The notes beneath the pieces are model-generated. The model had not been told where the DNA came from, did not search any database, and was given only the letters and a program-made list of their open reading frames with translations. Below are positions 60,581 through 64,000 of a stretch of DNA of 64,000 nucleotides, one piece after another. The stretch's first letter is position 1. Each line of letters starts with the position of its first letter. The stretch comes from Oopsacas minuta (Eukaryota > Animalia > Porifera), in contig JAKMXF010000328.1 in assembly GCA_024704765.1 (NCBI GenBank), positions 1 to 64,000 of the forward strand, read 5' to 3'. Both the position numbers and the translations under genes were made by a program.

Positions 60581-60893
60581 CAATAAACAAATTTGCACCA
60601 ATATCAAGATTTTTGTGATGGGCAGAAGGCTTATTCACTCGGATAGGTTTATTAAAGATTTTAATCATGTTCATTATTTTTATTGCATAATCCGCATCTC
60701 TTTCCGTTGAAAATTCGACAAAACCATAACCTTGAGGCTGTTGTGTAATACGATCTCGAGGCATATGTACACTTTGAACATGCCCAGCTTGCAGAAAGAA
60801 TTCCCAAAGCAATGATTCAGTAATCCCTTCATCTAATCCACCAACATAAATAGTAGCGTCCTGATTACGTTCATTAATGGGACCAGCTGCCAT
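60581..60893 (-). CDS. SF3B4: Splicing factor 3B subunit 4 (SAP49), coding exon 1: RRM1
   Basis: [61 protein letters not shown]...[36 protein letters not shown] is the SF3B4 N-terminus. ATG context ATAATGG; ends at a GTAAGT donor. Confidence 0.96.
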
Positions 60894-61257
60894 TATAGGC
60901 CTGTTAATTCTGAAAAGAAAAGAGAATAAACCCAAAATAGTATTGAGCACATATATACAGCGTTATATGGTACGAAGAACACTTCTGTTCATAAATGTCC
61001 CACATATATCAAATTTTTACATCAAATTAGTATTTTAGAATAAAATACGTAATATATTATTAAAAGAATGTATTATATTTACTTTTACATAGGTAGTCGC
61101 GTAGACACGCATGAATTATCTATGTTCGTAACCTACTTAATTTAAGGGCATCACATAGGTTCAGAAAAATGAACCAAAGATATGTGACCAGGTTAGCAAT
61201 AACAGGGGGGTTTTGGCTAGAATACATGTATTAAATATTTGTAGAACGGAAAAATTA

Positions 61258-63575
61258 CACAGCCCTGCGGAAAAAAAATTTTATTTGCTGATTGTTATTG
61301 CAAAACATTTTCTAATCCACATTTTAATACTGATTTTAAATAATTTTGTAAAATATACGTATCACGTCTAGTTTTTTTGCAAAATTATTTTTAAATATTG
61401 GTGTATTTATCGATGAATGCATGATACCTCTACAAGTAAAATAGTGAAAATCTGCCATTTATAAATTTTTACTAAGAATTACAATAAAATTTTTATTGAT
61501 AATATAATCTTAGTTAATAAATAATTTGAATATATTAGTCTGAATCAGGAGTAAATTTCCGGTTTTTTGACATTCTAGCATGAATAACATCAATACAATC
61601 TCTCTTGAGGCACCAGCAGTAATCAGCCATCATATGAACGTCCCACCTCCCCTGATATCGTGTTTCCATTGTTTTTATGTCTTGGTGGAATCGTTCACCT
61701 TGCTCCTCGGAAACAGCTCCAAGATTCTCTGGAAAATAGTCAATATGACTGTGAAGAAAGTGAACTTTTACACTCATATTGCAGCCGAGATTCTTGTAAG
61801 ATTCAATCAACTCATTCACAAGTATTTTATAATTAGGAGATTTCGTATTTCCCAAGAAGTTTTTCATGACATCTACAAATGCATTCCATGTACATTTTTC
61901 TTTGCATATCATAGAATTTGAAAAATTATCATCTCGAACAAGTTGTCTTATCTGAGGACCGTCGAATATACCGGCTTTTCTTTTTTCATCACTTAGGTAG
62001 TAAAATTTCTCGGTAATATATTTGAAACAATTTCCTTCTTTATCTAATGCCCTTACAAACTGTTTCATCAATCCTAATTTTATATGAAGTGGTGGAAGCA
62101 AAATCTTGAGAGGATCCACTAGAGGCTCGTGAATAATGGTCTTATCTCCAACATTAAGATTGGTTCTAGCTGGCCAGCTCTGTCTAGAATAGTGTTCGCT
62201 CTTTGCACGACTGTCCCATAAGCATAAAAAACAAGGGTATTTTGTATATCCTGATTGCTGTCCCAAAAGAATGCATATGATCTTTAAGTCACCACAGATT
62301 ACCCAATTGTGCTGGTGATAATTAATTTTATGAAGCACAATTTTCATGTTATCATATCGTTCCTTTAAACTTACTGAATGTCCAATTGGTATGGAACTAA
62401 ATTTGTTGCCATTATGAAGTAGAACACATTTCAAACTTTGTTTTGAACTATCAATAAAGAGTCTCCAATCATTAGGTACATACGGACATCCAAGAGCATT
62501 AACTAGCGGTGAAACATCATGACAAAACACAAATCCGTCTTCCATTATGAAATATTTCAAAAATTCGATCTCTCTGTTCCTATATGAGTAAAATTTTGTT
62601 TCTGGGAGAAGCAAGTTTTTTTCTTTTAGCCTAGAACCTAACAACTCCGCAGATTCTTTAGGTAAATCTAAATCACGTACCAAATCATTTAATTCAGACT
62701 GATTAAATAACTGTGGAGAATTAGAACGAGATAATACACACGGAATAAAATCCTCATCTTCTCTAATTAATGAATCTCTAGTTTCACAATCATCAATTTC
62801 CGAGATAACATCCAAATTAGTAAATTTTGGAACAGGTACATCAATAGAATGGGGAACGGGTCGTATTGCTGAATGTAAATTTGGATACTTGATCAATGAC
62901 TTGGTTTTAGCATTGAATCCGGAAATATTCGCCATACAAAAGTAACAATCGCTAATGTGATTTTGTGGCTCTCTCCATATCATTGGAATTCCAAAACTTA
63001 AACTCTTTCTGATTCCTTTTGTCCATTGTCTCAAATTTTCTACACAAGATCGGCACACTGTATGTGGAGCCCATGTTTTGTCTTGATCACCTAATCTCAT
63101 TCCAAAATATTCTAAATATGCTTTTTTAACAAATCCTGTTATTGCCATAGTTTGTTTAGAAGTCATAAAACTCCCACAAATATAACAAAAGACGTCTGGA
63201 TCATTACTGCACCTTCTCCGATAAGCCATATGATAATAAAATATCAAAATAGTAGACTATAGTACAATAAAGCTGTATATAACAAAAATAAAAATAAAAA
63301 AATTATGTAGAAAAGAATGGAGTTAAAGGGACTAATTAGAAAATGCAATAAAGCACGCATCTGTTTATTTCAAAAGACAAAAATTCACACATGTATCAAA
63401 TATAATCATTTATTCTAGGGAAGTGTTCTTAAAAAAATCGACTTACATTAAAATGACATTTGAGTAAAAACGAGACGTGATAGGGGAATTCTGATGACAG
63501 ATTGAGAATCAGCATACTCAAGTTAACTAAAAACAACCCATGGATAATAATCAGCAAATTTGACGCAGGGCAGTG
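61258..63575 (-). mobile_element. Chapaev3 (CMC superfamily) DNA transposon with intact ORF
   Basis: CAC(A/T)GCCCTGCG...CGCAGGGCAGTG termini plus shared ATTTGCTGATT; subterminal inverted TATCACGTCT(A/C)GTTTTT; TTA TSD on both sides (61255-57, 63576-78); 2318 bp. Confidence 0.88.
61535..63247 (-). CDS. Chapaev3-type transposase, uninterrupted 570 aa (564 aa from Met at 63229)
   Basis: N-terminal Chapa zinc-finger pattern CSNDPDVFCYICG..WAPHTVCRSC..PMIWREPQNHISDCYFC; WRLFIDSS..LKCVLLHNGN; GDLK; YPCFLCLWDSR; PPLHIKLGLMKQFV; MSVKVHFLHSH; SEEQGERFHQDI..RYQGRW. Confidence 0.9.
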   Translation of the reverse strand: MIFYYHMAYRRRCSNDPDVFCYICGSFMTSKQTMAITGFVKKAYLEYFGMRLGDQDKTWAPHTVCRSCVENLRQWTKGIRKSLSFGIPMIWREPQNHISDCYFCMANISGFNAKTKSLIKYPNLHSAIRPVPHSIDVPVPKFTNLDVISEIDDCETRDSLIREDEDFIPCVLSRSNSPQLFNQSELNDLVRDLDLPKESAELLGSRLKEKNLLLPETKFYSYRNREIEFLKYFIMEDGFVFCHDVSPLVNALGCPYVPNDWRLFIDSSKQSLKCVLLHNGNKFSSIPIGHSVSLKERYDNMKIVLHKINYHQHNWVICGDLKIICILLGQQSGYTKYPCFLCLWDSRAKSEHYSRQSWPARTNLNVGDKTIIHEPLVDPLKILLPPLHIKLGLMKQFVRALDKEGNCFKYITEKFYYLSDEKRKAGIFDGPQIRQLVRDDNFSNSMICKEKCTWNAFVDVMKNFLGNTKSPNYKILVNELIESYKNLGCNMSVKVHFLHSHIDYFPENLGAVSEEQGERFHQDIKTMETRYQGRWDVHMMADYCWCLKRDCIDVIHARMSKNRKFTPDSD

Positions 63576-63917
63576 TTATCAAACAAAATATGCTGAAAAA
63601 TTATTAGAAATGTGCCAAATATGCATCTATCAAAAATATTTGGTAAAAACAGCAATCCTTTGATGCATTGTAAGACGTTAAATATTGCATCTTTCGTTAC
63701 AAATTGGAAGTGAAGCGATCCTCAGTTGACTAAATCATCAAAAGTTGGACATGAATTATGAAAAATTAAAAGAATTACTTTTAGAATACCTATGTCACTA
63801 AAATATTTGCGTATATATAGTATCCACATGAGTAATTCAAAGAGTAGTTTTCAATAGAACCACTATTATTCAGATCAGTGGTTATAACTCGTATTTACGT
63901 AAAATTCAAAAGATATT

Positions 63918-63979
63918 GTGGGAAAATACGGGAAAAAATAAAAGAAGTGGGAAAATACGGGAAAAAATAAAAGAAGTGG
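63918..63979. repeat. 29-bp tandem duplication x2.1
   Basis: GTGGGAAAATACGGGAAAAAATAAAAGAA at 63918 and 63947. Confidence 0.9.
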
Positions 63980-64000
63980 AAAAAACTCATTCTAAACAAC

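Noticed and set aside
60894-60950. Upstream in-frame start ([12 protein letters not shown]...) for SF3B4, and the ORF-track ends KLSFLKNRD and [21 protein letters not shown]
   Set aside because: Conserved SF3B4 begins MAAGP; the extra residues are 5' flank or intron read-through beyond the splice sites.
9388-63575. TnpB/Fanzor or other cargo ORF inside the cut-and-paste elements
   Set aside because: The Tc1/mariner-type elements are 1.3-1.4 kb (pogo 2.0 kb, Chapaev3 2.3 kb) and fully accounted for by the transposase. No RuvC-like or zinc-ribbon TnpB motif was seen in the ORF track.
1-64000. Many 60-110-aa ORFs in the supplied track on the strand opposite transposase relics (e.g. 11928-12134, 14545-14844, 48703-48966, 57205-57525, 61580-61921)
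   Set aside because: They are antisense shadows of identified coding sequences or chance ORFs starting at non-ATG codons.

Overview
AT-rich eukaryotic (probably invertebrate animal) genomic DNA; the organism cannot be determined from the sequence. I found one clear host gene: SF3B4/SAP49 on the minus strand, in two coding exons (60893-60581 and 48937-48327; 307 aa spliced), separated by an 11,643-bp GT-AG intron packed with DNA transposons. Almost all other recognisable sequence is DNA-transposon derived: MULE, Tc1 DD34E (2 copies), DD37E (2 families), maT DD37D, mariner DD34D, pogo/Tigger, PIF/Harbinger, a Ginger2-like element, several hATs, P-element-like (THAP) relics, a Helitron and Chapaev3. 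There is also a probable KDZ/Zisupton-like relic and several very small MITEs. Many boundaries could be fixed exactly from TIRs and target-site duplications read by eye. The only intact transposase is the 570-aa Chapaev3 ORF, whose element ends 364 bp upstream of the SF3B4 start codon. The most notable observations are a degraded OTU-like protease domain directly after the Helitron helicase, a multi-level nested insertion at 11-17 kb, the KDZ-like relic, and the SF3B4 intron/Chapaev3 arrangement. I recognised no rRNA, tRNA, CRISPR array, retrotransposon RT or TnpB/Fanzor, and I cannot support a wholly new biological system. All family calls come from manual motif recognition, not database searches.
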